DNA of 64,000 nt. Origin: Pirellulales bacterium (lineage in GTDB: Bacteria; Planctomycetota; Planctomycetia; Pirellulales; JALHPA01). A model generated the notes under the pieces. The model was not told where the DNA came from and ran no database searches. It was given only the letters and a program-made list of their open reading frames with translations. The position numbers and the translations under genes are program-made. Positions 35,392 to 46,686 of this stretch are shown here, piece after piece (the stretch's first letter is position 1; each line of letters opens with the position of its first letter). The stretch spans positions 16,881 through 80,880 of the forward strand of contig JBBDYH010000130.1 of the NCBI GenBank assembly GCA_040901795.1, in the 5' to 3' direction.

Positions 35392-35802
35392 ATGCGCTAT
35401 TTGCTGGATACGAACACCTGTATCGCCGCGATGCGCCAGGATGCACCGGTGCTGCAGCGCCTCGGTGTTCTCACGCCCGCCGACTGTGTGATTTCGACGA
35501 TCACGACCTACGAGTTGTACACCGGCGTTAAGAAATGTGCCGATCCAGCGAAGGAATTGGGCAAGGTCAAGCTGTTGCTCGATACCGTGGGCGAGTTGGT
35601 TTTTGACGGTCAAGCTGCCAGGGAAGCGGGCCGCGTACGCGCACTGCTCGAATCGCTAGGAACCATGATCGGTGCGTATGATGTCCTATTGGCGGGCCAT
35701 GCCCTTTCCACCGCACTAACGCTTGTGAGTGCCAACACCGCGGAGTTCAGCCGTGTGCCAGGCTTGAGTCTGGAGAACTGGCAGTTGCCGCGAGCACGAT
35801 AA
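35392..35802 (+). CDS. vapC: PIN-domain ribonuclease toxin VapC
   Basis: MRYLLDTNTCIA (first acidic residue), TTYELYTG, YDVLLAGHAL, LVSANTAEFSRVPGL. Starts 9 nt after vapB. Confidence 0.85.
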   Translation: MRYLLDTNTCIAAMRQDAPVLQRLGVLTPADCVISTITTYELYTGVKKCADPAKELGKVKLLLDTVGELVFDGQAAREAGRVRALLESLGTMIGAYDVLLAGHALSTALTLVSANTAEFSRVPGLSLENWQLPRAR

Positions 35803-35867
35803 GCCCATGTCTTAAGGATCGATCTCACCCGCCGCCGCGACGATGCCCGGCTCAGAAATAGAACCCT

Positions 35868-36701
35868 ATGACCGAGGAGCCAACAATCCGGCGCTTTCCC
35901 CGCCTGCTGCGGCTGCCCTCATTTGGCGTCGCGCTGGGCGCGTCGGTCGCGGCGCTTTTGGCCTTCGCGATCTGGATGTTCGTCGATGCGTCGTTCCTCG
36001 TGATGTTGGACGTCGTTCGCATCGACCTGGGCCTTGAGAAGCACCCAGGCGTCGATATGTCTGACGTCTACGCATGGGACCAGCTCGGGTCGCGCCTGGT
36101 GCTGTTCGCCGTGCTGGTCGGCATCGGTGTTCTGACGACGCTCTTGGTCTTCTACCGCATTCTCTTCGGCAGGCGCCAGAGCCGCTCGCTGCGTTCGCTG
36201 TTCCTTGCCGTGGCACTGGTCGGCCTATGGCTCGCGCTTGGCGTCTCACACGAAAGGCTGGAATCCGCCGCTTTGCAGTGGCGGCTCGGCCGCGCCGTGC
36301 AAGGGCTTAAGCAAGACGCGGCGATCCTGACTGCAAATTGGCCGACGACCGAGGGCGTACTGCCGTACTTGGGGCAATACGTTGTAGCGGATGCATACCT
36401 GCTATTGGTCGAATGGCCCCAGAACGATCATTATTCGATGAGGGAGATCGTCGGCCCATGCATCTCCAGATCGCCCAACGGTGCTCTAAGAGTCGACTTT
36501 CTACCTGATAAGATCGAGTATCATCCCAACGGTGGAAAACCAACCTCCTTTATGGAGTTACCGAACGACAACAGAGGGTTTCCGAACGACGGCCTCGATA
36601 CTCGATATGTCCTCGAAAGCTACGTAGAGCTGGAGCCAAACTGGTTCTTGGTCTCCTATCTTCCAGACATCGAACTGCCCCCCGAGGACTCCCAACCATA
36701 A
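35868..36701 (+). CDS. hypothetical membrane protein (about 3 TM plus a soluble C-terminal domain)
   Basis: 277-aa ORF; the 3-prime half looks lower in G+C by eye. No family recognised. Confidence 0.55.
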   Translation: MTEEPTIRRFPRLLRLPSFGVALGASVAALLAFAIWMFVDASFLVMLDVVRIDLGLEKHPGVDMSDVYAWDQLGSRLVLFAVLVGIGVLTTLLVFYRILFGRRQSRSLRSLFLAVALVGLWLALGVSHERLESAALQWRLGRAVQGLKQDAAILTANWPTTEGVLPYLGQYVVADAYLLLVEWPQNDHYSMREIVGPCISRSPNGALRVDFLPDKIEYHPNGGKPTSFMELPNDNRGFPNDGLDTRYVLESYVELEPNWFLVSYLPDIELPPEDSQP

Positions 36702-36737
36702 TCGGCAGCCGGCAAGCTTGGACATCCAACCGACTAA

Positions 36738-36878
36738 TGGTTCGGATTCTCGCAATGGAACCTAATTTTCGTTGTAAGTCTGGAAAGACTCGGCGCGTGG
36801 TCGCTTGACGATGAGCCCCTCGGCTTCAAGTTCGATAGGACCGCGCGGGTTGTCAGATTTGGCACGTCGGCCAACTAA
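36738..36878 (+). pseudogene. C-terminal fragment of a paralogue of the 34590..35039 gene
   Basis: The frame opens after TAA 36735-36737 with no start codon. WFGFSQWNLIFVVSLERLGAWSLDDEPLGFKFDRTARVVRFGTSAN* aligns to WSGFEQWDMYYVLGLERAGAYSLDDEALGFKLNKAGLVIEFGISVN*. Confidence 0.6.
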
Positions 36879-36906
36879 GACGGTGTTTTTGATCCAACCG
36901 CTATCC

Positions 36907-37512
36907 ATGGTCAAGCTGTTCGTAATCCCTGCACGCGATGAGCCGACCGCGATCATCCTGCGTCGCGGGCCGTCGGACTGGTATCACCTCATCCAGTGGC
37001 ACACGCGCAGGGATGCATTCGCCCAGGGTGCATGGTTCAAGGGACGGATTTACGGAGAGAAATGCGACCTGTCACCGGACGGACGCCTCTTAGTGCATTT
37101 TGTGCTGAAGGGCTCGCGGAGCGGGACGGCGTTCAGCCACGCCTGGACGGCGGTCAGCCGTCCACCTTGGCTTCACGCGCTTGTGCTCTGGCCGCAAGGA
37201 ACGACCTATGGCGGCGGAGGGCGATTCGTTGACAATCGGACGTTGCATCTGCGCGGCATCGTTGATCCACCGCACAAGGATTTTCCGCTCCGTGGATTGA
37301 CGGCCGCCAACGGCGATGCACCGCTTCACGCCTCAACCGATGAAGTTCCTGGCGCGGACTGGTGCGGCTGGGATCACCGCGGCTCGATTGTCTTTACGCG
37401 CGGCGGTCAGTTGTTTCGTCGAGTGGGCTCGAAAGATAAACTGCTGGCGCACTTTACGGATCTGGTGCCCAAACCAGAGCCGCCACCCGATTGGGCGACG
37501 CGGCCGCTGTAG
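36907..37512 (+). CDS. hypothetical protein
   Basis: ORF 36805..37512; likely start ATG 36907 (MVKLFVIPARDEPTAIILRRGPSDWYHLIQWH...CDLSPDGRLLV). No family recognised. Confidence 0.55.
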   Translation: MVKLFVIPARDEPTAIILRRGPSDWYHLIQWHTRRDAFAQGAWFKGRIYGEKCDLSPDGRLLVHFVLKGSRSGTAFSHAWTAVSRPPWLHALVLWPQGTTYGGGGRFVDNRTLHLRGIVDPPHKDFPLRGLTAANGDAPLHASTDEVPGADWCGWDHRGSIVFTRGGQLFRRVGSKDKLLAHFTDLVPKPEPPPDWATRPL

Positions 37513-37574
37513 CAAACATTGAACGACGCGATTTACTGGGGCGACGGGATGACTCCGGTTTGGAGATCAAGCCG

Positions 37575-37832
37575 ATGTTCGGCTTCTTTTTTGGCCTCAA
37601 CGCAATTGACGTGGCGATTATCGCTTTCGCCGCGATTCAGTTCACGTTCGTTTGGCTGGCTCTAAGAAGCCGACGCCGCGAGGAGATTGTGTTGAAGCTG
37701 AGCAAAGTTGTCTTTGACTTAACTGCACCGCTTCCCATGAGCCTTCGACCGGTCGTCTGCGGAACCGTCGGTGGCTTGATCATTGTATGTCTGACTTTCG
37801 GACCGATTTTGTTTTTGATGTGGTTTTGGTAG
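37575..37832 (+). CDS. hypothetical small membrane protein
   Basis: ATG 37575; MFGFFFGLNAIDVAIIAFAAIQFTFVWLAL plus a second TM helix. Confidence 0.4.
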   Translation: MFGFFFGLNAIDVAIIAFAAIQFTFVWLALRSRRREEIVLKLSKVVFDLTAPLPMSLRPVVCGTVGGLIIVCLTFGPILFLMWFW

Positions 37833-37898
37833 CCGCTCGCGCTCGTCGCGGCGGCGACAAGTCTGTACGTAGGCGCGGCCAGCGGTTACCGTGAAATC

Positions 37899-38870
37899 AT
37901 GGCCACTCAGACCGCTACGGAACGAGAAGCAACTGCCAGCGAGCCGCGGGTTCTGCATGCTGTCGTTGAGGACAAACTTCAGCGAAGCGGCCGGATGGAG
38001 CTACGCAGGCGGCTGCTCGAAGCGATCGTTAGTGGCCGGGAAACCGTAAGCTGGGAGTGGAAAGACAAACGGCTGCGCTCGACCTATTTCCGGCAAGACG
38101 TTGACCTGCAGTATCCCGCGCCCGATGAAGACTGGCCGAGTGAAGGGGCCCGCTGCTTGTTCGATCTGTGGACCGACGATGTCGGTTATCTCGCCCGTTG
38201 GCCGCGCGAGGCAAAACAGGCTGCCGGCTCCTTCACCTTCCGCATTGAAGAGTGTCTCGTTCCTGTTCGCGCATCCTACGCTCATACCAATGACGCCGAG
38301 CGTGTTGACATCGAGTTGGAAGAAGTGCCCACGCGCGCTCAAGAAGCAGCGAAGCGTGCACTCCAATGGCACGACGAGTACCGGCTGGGACACTGCCCCG
38401 TCTCGCCGTTTAAAGAACAGTCGCCATCACAGCCGCCGAACCCTCGAAGCACCATCTGGGCATTTTTGCCGGCGATCTGCATCACCGCTTTGTTGGCCGC
38501 GCTGGCTATCGCGTCGTTTGCGGCGTTCGCCTGGCCTATAGTCGTTGGTTCGTTCGTCTGGGGTCTGACGGCCGTGCCGCTCTCAGGTTGGCTGGCCTTG
38601 AACTCATACGCTGCCCTTTCTATACCGGACGAATATGCCAGACTTGCCGCATTCCAGGCAACAGCGCGCCGCCGAGCATGGTCGGCAGGATTGCTGATCG
38701 TCCTGTTTTTCGCAGCGCTACTGCTACCCGCGATCGTCGCTGGTGTTTGGCTCCGCGAACCGGAGGCCGTTAGCCTGGCGATCGCGACGTTCTTTGGGTT
38801 CATGATGTTTATTTGGGGCGGACTACTCTTCCACCATTCCCGGCGCGAGCCAGATGTGGAGCCGTTATAG
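37899..38870 (+). CDS. hypothetical protein, soluble N-terminal domain plus about 4 C-terminal TM helices
   Basis: 323-aa ORF. No family recognised. Confidence 0.55.
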   Translation: MATQTATEREATASEPRVLHAVVEDKLQRSGRMELRRRLLEAIVSGRETVSWEWKDKRLRSTYFRQDVDLQYPAPDEDWPSEGARCLFDLWTDDVGYLARWPREAKQAAGSFTFRIEECLVPVRASYAHTNDAERVDIELEEVPTRAQEAAKRALQWHDEYRLGHCPVSPFKEQSPSQPPNPRSTIWAFLPAICITALLAALAIASFAAFAWPIVVGSFVWGLTAVPLSGWLALNSYAALSIPDEYARLAAFQATARRRAWSAGLLIVLFFAALLLPAIVAGVWLREPEAVSLAIATFFGFMMFIWGGLLFHHSRREPDVEPL

Positions 38871-38923
38871 TGCTGCCGATCGAGCTTGAGACACGACGGA
38901 ATGAGGATGTTGCCTCCCGTGGT

Positions 38924-39130
38924 AATGTCGCCCCTCCGGGACTTTGGTTGGTTTTGTTGGGATGTTGGCCGGGGGCTGGCGCCGCCCGGCTACAGAATGT
39001 CGCCCCGCTGGGGCTGGCTCGTGTTGCGGCCCGTTGGGCCTTGAAGATCAATCGGTGGGTGCGGACCCAGTGCTGCGCACTGGGCTATCGAGTTTGGGGC
39101 CTTCAGCCCCAGGCGGCATCTACTTCGTTA
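38924..39130 (+). repeat. degenerate repeat DNA (AATGTCGCCCCNCNGGG units 72 bp apart; translates NVAPPGL/NVAPLGL)
   Basis: AATGTCGCCCCTCCGGG at 38924 and AATGTCGCCCCGCTGGGG at 38996. Track ORF 38813..39583 merely reads through it. Confidence 0.7.
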
Positions 39131-39263
39131 TCGCTGAATATTTCGCCGAACCGATGTGAGCGCTCACAGCTACGGACGATGTTTTCCTTGAGTATCCCGT
39201 CCGCTAGGACTAGGGTTAGCCTTGGTGGGACAACCATTCGGCCTTGCCAAGGAGGAACCTCAT

Positions 39264-40094
39264 ATGAAGACGCTTTTGCGCACCATCGCTCATGCCGTCA
39301 ACGTCAGTCTCGCCGCCGCCTACCGAGCGCGTCTGGCGACCGCGTGCGTCGCGGTTCTGGCCATCATCCAAGTCCAACCGACCAGCGCCCAGACAAACAT
39401 CCCTATCGTCAACCCGAGCTTCGAAGCCGACTTCCTGCAGGACGGCTTTTGGATCGACGGCTTCTTGACCGGCTGGCAGGTGTTCGGCTTCACCGCGGGC
39501 CCGCAGAACTGGACCGACGCGCAGTACCCGGGCGCCAACGACAACGACGCTATTCCCAGTACCGTGCCCGACGGCCGCAATAGCGCCTTCATCCGCTCGC
39601 CGCTGGCCGGCATTCAACAGACAGTCAACGCCACGCTGCAAGCCAACACCGAGTATCGGCTCGACTTCTTCGTCGGCGATCGGTTCGACACCATCATGCC
39701 CAACTGGAGCGCGGACCTGTTTGCCGGTTCCACCGAGCTGGCCTTTAACGACACGGGCGTGCGGCCTGGCGAAGGACGATGGCTGCCGGCTTCACTGATT
39801 TACACGACCGGTCCGACTCATCCACAGCTCGGTCAGCCGCTGGCGATACGGTTTTTTACGTATGGCTTCACGGACCCGCCGGGACGGCCGGGACTGTATC
39901 AAGTCGGCATCGACCAGGTGCGCTTGACGGCGACGGCGATTCCGGAACCAGGGACTTTGTTCATCGGCTGCATTGGGGCGGCGTTTGGATGGGCTTGTAT
40001 GAAGCGTTGGCGATTCACGAAGCGGAGCTTCGGGGTCCGCCGCGGCGGACGTTCCCAGGCGGAGCTTGGGAACGAGTTCAACCCTGAACCCTGA
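39264..40094 (+). CDS. PEP-CTERM-anchored secreted protein
   Basis: AAGGAGG lies 9 nt upstream of ATG 39264. Signal peptide present; NPSFEADFLQDGFWIDGFLTGWQVFG; C-terminal IPEPGTLFIGCIGAAFGWACMKRWR. Confidence 0.8.
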   Translation: MKTLLRTIAHAVNVSLAAAYRARLATACVAVLAIIQVQPTSAQTNIPIVNPSFEADFLQDGFWIDGFLTGWQVFGFTAGPQNWTDAQYPGANDNDAIPSTVPDGRNSAFIRSPLAGIQQTVNATLQANTEYRLDFFVGDRFDTIMPNWSADLFAGSTELAFNDTGVRPGEGRWLPASLIYTTGPTHPQLGQPLAIRFFTYGFTDPPGRPGLYQVGIDQVRLTATAIPEPGTLFIGCIGAAFGWACMKRWRFTKRSFGVRRGGRSQAELGNEFNPEP

Positions 40095-40104
40095 ACCCCG
40101 CACC
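40076..40104 (-). repeat. G-rich heptamer array (CAGGGTT)n on the minus strand
   Basis: The minus strand after the kinase stop reads TAG-GGTGCGGGGTTCAGGGTTCAGGGTTGAAC. The plus-strand version encodes the PEP-CTERM ORF tail EFNPEP*. Confidence 0.9.
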
Positions 40105-42335
<2,231 letters not shown>

Positions 42336-42336
<1 letters not shown>

Positions 42337-44309
42337 CAGGCGAGCTCGCTTACTCCCGCCGCGGCGGGCTGGGGTAGAGAAATATCGATGGCGGGCAAGG
42401 CACGTTTTTCGGTTTCGGCGGGGGACTTCAGCGGCAACGTGAGCGTGAACACGGCGCCTTGCCCGCCGCCGCCGCTATGGACTCGAATCGCGCCGCCCAT
42501 CTCGTTCATGGCGATGGCCGACGAGTGCAAGCCAAAACCATTGCCGTTGGTCTTGGTCGTAAATCCGAAGCGGAAGATGCACTTGAGCTGTTCCTCCGTG
42601 ATGCCGTGCCCGGTGTCCGCGATGGTGATCGACAGCTCCTGGCCTTCGCATTGGCTGGTGATCCGCAGCACGTGTTGCGTCTCGCGCTCGGTGATTTGCA
42701 TCGACTCCAAGGCGTTCTTAATCAGGTTGTCGAGCACCTGCAAGAGTTTGGATTTCTCGATCGTTACCTTAGGCAGCGAGGCGAATTTGCGCTCGACCTT
42801 GACTTCGTTTTTCGAAATTGCCGGCCCATGCATTGACAGCAGGTCTTCAATCAAATGGTGCAAGTCAATCGATTCCTGGAAGCAAACGCGGCGCGTATAG
42901 TTCTGCTGGGCGCTGATGATGTTTTTGATGTGCTGGACCTTCTCCATCAGGTTGCTCAATTCCGATTCCACCTGCCGTTGCTCCTCGGCCAGCGAACCCG
43001 ACAGCAAGTCGAGGTACTCGGGCAGCTTCTGGATCTTGGGGTCGCTGGTGGCGGCGGCCAGTGCGGGCGCCTGTTCCCTCATCAGAGCCGCGACCCGGGA
43101 TATGCTGGACGACTTTGATTTGCGGACGCTGTCATTGATCACGCTGATCGACACGTTGACGCTGTTGAGCACGTTACCCACGTTGTGCAACACGCCGGTG
43201 GCGATCTCGGTCATCCCCGCGCGATGCGCCACGTCGACCAATTGCGACTGCATCTCCTTGACGTCGGTTAGGGCCGTTTCCAGCTCGTTGTTCCGCTGAT
43301 CGAGTTCGGCGTGCAACAACCGCAAGCTCAAGGTGCGTTCTTCGACCTTGCGTTCCAAGTTCATATTCAAGTCGCGGATTGTCGCATCGTGCTGGGCGAG
43401 CCTTTGCACCATGGAGTTGAACTGCCGCGTCAGGTTGTCGATCTCGTCGTTGCCCGTGGCGCGGAGCTCTTCGGAGAACGAGCCGCGCTCGACGCGCTTC
43501 ATGGCCTGCACCAGGCGAGCGACGCGCGAGGCCACCGACTGGCTGATAGCCGTCGAAAACGCCAGGCCGACGAAGATCGCGGCCAGCGTGATGTAGGTCG
43601 TGTGGTTGCGGAGGTTGGCTACCGCCGCGTTCTGATTGTCCGGTTGCTGGATGATGTCCGCCGCCCGCTGCCGCGCGAGCGTGCCGATCATCAAGGCCGA
43701 AATCAGGATGATCAAGCCGAAGCAGAGGTTCAGCCGGGCTTGCAGGCGGTTCGTTGGCAGGCGATCGAAGTCGATCGGCACGTCGCGATCGAGCAAGTAC
43801 CGCACCACCGGCTGCATCAGCCGCTCGATCACGAAGAACGTCGACATCAGCGCCAGACCAATGCCCATGAACACCGCGAGCGAGACGTTGCCGAGCGTCG
43901 CCAGGTCGGCATGGTCCACGTACCGCAGCAAGAGCAGCACCGGCAGCAAGGTCGTGCACGGCACCAGCCAAGCCTCGTTGCGATGGTGGCGGACGGGGAA
44001 CACCACAGCCTCGCGTCCGGCTTTGATTGCCGTCTCGTGGTCGGCGGTTTCGCCAGCCCGAAGCAGCTTCAGGACGGTGCAGAGATGCCGCGTTTCCCAG
44101 CGCGCAAGCAGCAACGACAGCAAGATCGCCAAGGTCACCACAACCGCGCAGGCGATCACGAACCGCGTCTGCATCGGCTCGGGGAAAGTGACCGTCAGGT
44201 TGATGTAGTAGACGACCAGCAAGCCGCCGATCGAGCCGGACAGGCGCGTGGCCAACAGCATCGCCCCGATGTAATGGTGGCCCAGGCGCTCGAAGAGCCG
44301 GTTAAACAT
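42336..44309 (-). CDS. membrane sensor histidine kinase with HAMP domain
   Basis: TM helices, HAMP ([21 protein letters not shown]), coiled coil, [36 protein letters not shown]. Its stop overlaps the downstream kinase start by 1 nt (TGATG). Confidence 0.85.
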
Positions 44310-44314
44310 TTACA

Positions 44315-44339
44315 GGGTTCGGGGTTCGGGGTTCGGGGG
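44315..44339 (+). repeat. G-rich heptamer array (GGGGTTC)n
   Basis: GGGTTCGGGGTTCGGGGTTCGGGGG, 5 nt upstream of the minus-strand kinase start codon (44309). It is therefore C-rich in that mRNA leader. Confidence 0.9.
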
Positions 44340-44400
44340 CCGTGGGAGTTCAGGCTTTGGCCTGTGTCGCTGCGGCAATTTAAATCTCGAATTCCAACGC

Positions 44401-44460
44401 AGAGAAGCAAGCTAAAGCTTGAACTCCAACGGAAGAACAAGCTAAAGCTTGAACTCCAAC
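44401..44460 (-). repeat. two tandem 30-mers containing CAAGCTAAAGCTTGAACTCCAAC
   Basis: 44401-44430 and 44431-44460, directly downstream (minus strand) of the terpene-synthase-like stop at 44463. Confidence 0.95.
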
Positions 44461-44462
44461 TG

Positions 44463-45563
44463 CTATTTGTAGCCGCGGCTACCGAGGTGTAAGCGGATCA
44501 ACCGTTCGTAGCCCACCAGCAGCTTGTTCAAATCGACGGTGCGGACGCGCGGCGCAAGCTCCACCAGCCGCTGCCGCAGCGTGCCCCAGCGGGCGAGGAA
44601 GTAGTCTTCGTGGCCGCCGGCGCGGATCGCGCGTGCGATCGCTTCGCTGTCCTGGGCTCGGAGCATCTCAAGCGTGACGTCTCCTTCCCCCAAGGCCCGC
44701 GCATAGACGCCGCTGGTATAGTCGCCGTCGCCCAGCTCGCGCTCCCAGGTGGTGATCAGATTGCCAATGCGGCCCATGAACTGCGCATGCCAGATGGCGT
44801 CGCGCAAACGGCCCAGCTCCGCGCGGTCGAAACCCGGCGAGCACATCAGGTCTACGGTGGACGAGACGATAATGTGCATGTTGTGCGGCGAGTACAGGTC
44901 GTGCTCGGCGGCGTTCAACAGCGCCGGGTCCTCGTTGACCATGTGCGAATACCGCATGCCGTTGAAGAGCTGCAGGTAGTCATAGCGCCAAATCGTGGCG
45001 AACTGATCGAACAACGGCAGCAGCCGCGTGCGGCGCTTGATTTCCTGCCAGAGATCGAGCGTGTATTCGGCATAGGCGCGGTCTTCTGGCGCGACGTCCG
45101 TCAGCCGGGCACGTTCGGCGTCGAAGGGTACGTTGAGAAGCTGTTCCAGCAGACGGGCATCGCCACGCCGGTCGGCGATGTCGTCGAGCAGCACGTCCAG
45201 GACAACGCCCATCACCTTGGTGTCGCAGGCGAAGTCGAACAGCTTCGGATCGACGCTCGACAGCGTGGTGACTTCCACACCCTGGCGGACCCATTTCCAC
45301 AAGTACATGTTGCGCTTACCAACTTGCGCATATCCATCGACCCAGCGCATCAAGTCGGGATTGAGCTGCTTGTTCAAGACGTGCTGGATCTCGCCTTGAA
45401 TCTCTTCGGCCGTGGGAAGGCGAACCGCTGGCGCCGGTGCCCGCGTGGTTTGCCGCGCGACGGGCGCCTGAGGCGGCACCACCGCCACGAAGGTAGTGTC
45501 CGTCATCGAACCAGCTTGTAGCGCGCACATACAATATCCCCGTCGGGTTTCCCAATGAATCAA
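44463..45563 (-). CDS. class I terpene-synthase-like protein (DDxxD plus NSE/DTE-type motifs)
   Basis: VLDVLLDDIADRRGD (DDxxD), and about 140 aa later IGNLITTWERELGDGDY (N-x3-T-x3-E). Predominantly helical composition. The start may be ATG 45506 (MTDTTF). Confidence 0.5.
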   Translation of the reverse strand: MIHWETRRGYCMCALQAGSMTDTTFVAVVPPQAPVARQTTRAPAPAVRLPTAEEIQGEIQHVLNKQLNPDLMRWVDGYAQVGKRNMYLWKWVRQGVEVTTLSSVDPKLFDFACDTKVMGVVLDVLLDDIADRRGDARLLEQLLNVPFDAERARLTDVAPEDRAYAEYTLDLWQEIKRRTRLLPLFDQFATIWRYDYLQLFNGMRYSHMVNEDPALLNAAEHDLYSPHNMHIIVSSTVDLMCSPGFDRAELGRLRDAIWHAQFMGRIGNLITTWERELGDGDYTSGVYARALGEGDVTLEMLRAQDSEAIARAIRAGGHEDYFLARWGTLRQRLVELAPRVRTVDLNKLLVGYERLIRLHLGSRGYK

Positions 45564-45849
45564 AAACGCTACAGGTATGTAGGTTATGTCCCGGCATCCG
45601 TCAAAACGGTGGATTGCACGGGTGGCACTGACAAACCCGGTTTGTCAGTGCAGGCTGGGAAGCTGAACGACGACTGACTAGGACGGGCCACCCGGGGTGT
45701 GCTTGCCTAACCGCAACCGCATGCTAACTTTGCTCGTCCGTTGTGGTTTGCCGCATCTGGCGCGCGTGACCGTCAATGTCGCCGGAGAAACGGCCTTACG
45801 TCCATCGAGCCCTCGGTATTCCGTTGGGACGACCTTCTCGGAGCACTCC

Positions 45850-46497
45850 ATGAACTCCCCCCTCTGCCGCATTGAAGACGCCTTGGAAGCGCTGTCAGTT
45901 GGCCTGTTGGTCATCGTTGTCGATTCTGAGGAACGGGAGAATGAGGGGGATTTTGTCGTTGCCGCTGAAAAGGTCACTCCGCAGACGATTCACTTCCTGA
46001 TCAGCCAAGGTCGCGGCCAGGTCTGCATGCCGGTCACGCAGGAAACCGCGGGGCGTCTGCAGTTCGAGCCGATGGTCGCCGGTCAGGGGCATGATGTGCC
46101 CAACTTCACCGTGCCGGTCGATCATGCCACGTGCAAGACCGGCATCAGCCCTTTCGAGCGCTGCGCCACGATCCATGCGGTCGTCGATGAAGCGAGCAAA
46201 TCCAGCGACTTTGTGCGGCCCGGCCACTTGTTCCCATTGGTGGCGCGCGACGGCGGCGTGCTGGTTCGCCCCGGTCACACGGAAGCCTCGGTCGATCTGG
46301 TCCGCCTGGCCGGCTTGCGGCCGGCGGCGGTGCTCTGCGAGATCTGCTCGAACGACGGCCTGAACATGGCCACGCGTGACGAGCTCTTGGAGATGGCGGC
46401 CGACTACCGGCTGCCGATCGTCACCATCGACGCCTTGGTGGAATACCGCCGCAAGGAAGAGGCGGCTCGATTGCGCACCGTCGCAGCGGCGCGGTAG
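45850..46497 (+). CDS. ribB: 3,4-dihydroxy-2-butanone-4-phosphate synthase (stand-alone, no GTP cyclohydrolase II domain)
   Basis: ORF 45697..46497; ATG 45850 (MNSPLCRIEDAL). VVDSEERENEGDFVVAAEKVT, RPGHLFPL, RPGHTEASVDLVRLAGL. Confidence 0.9.
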   Translation: MNSPLCRIEDALEALSVGLLVIVVDSEERENEGDFVVAAEKVTPQTIHFLISQGRGQVCMPVTQETAGRLQFEPMVAGQGHDVPNFTVPVDHATCKTGISPFERCATIHAVVDEASKSSDFVRPGHLFPLVARDGGVLVRPGHTEASVDLVRLAGLRPAAVLCEICSNDGLNMATRDELLEMAADYRLPIVTIDALVEYRRKEEAARLRTVAAAR

Positions 46498-46505
46498 GCC
46501 GATCT

Positions 46506-46560
46506 GTTGGAGTTCAAGCTTTAGCTTGCCGCCTGTGGTTGCAGTTCACGCTTCAGCTTG
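46506..46560 (+). repeat. inverted copies of the same 23-mer (GTTGGAGTTCAAGCTTTAGCTTG plus a degenerate second unit)
   Basis: 46506-46528 is the exact reverse complement of the 44408-44430 core. 46535-46560 is a degenerate copy. The pair starts 9 nt after the ribB stop. Confidence 0.95.
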
Positions 46561-46686
46561 CCACGGCCGCAGGCTACTTCGTCGGGCCAAATCTTGGCCC
46601 GCCCCCTGGCTTTGACCGGGCATTGGCGACACACTGGCAGAGCCAGCGGCACGCAGAGTCGTAAACTTTGTCCAACGGAGCCGGGC

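Noticed and set aside
38813-39583. A 256-aa ORF spanning the 38.9-39.2 kb gap and overlapping the PEP-CTERM gene.
   Set aside because: It reads through degenerate repeat DNA (NVAPxGL units) and then runs out of frame across a gene that has a good RBS, signal peptide and PEP-CTERM motif.
45570-45849. Possible FMN riboswitch in the 290-nt leader of stand-alone ribB (GGTGGATTGCAC and GCTGAACGACGACTGACTAGGACGGG vaguely resemble RFN segments; a 10-bp hairpin CACTGACAAA/TTTGTCAGTG lies near 45627-45651).
   Set aside because: The most conserved RFN blocks are absent (AGGGTGAAATTCCC, ACCGGCGGT, GCCGACGGTNAAAGTCCGGATGGGAGA). An Infernal scan with RF00050 would settle it.
44401-46560. Reading the inverted 23-mer pairs as terminal inverted repeats of a 2-kb composite mobile cassette carrying the terpene-synthase-like and ribB genes.
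   Set aside because: There is no transposase and no visible target-site duplication. Each pair has the same polarity relative to the adjacent stop codon, like the other 3-prime-end repeat families. A fifth copy occurs alone at 4601-4623.
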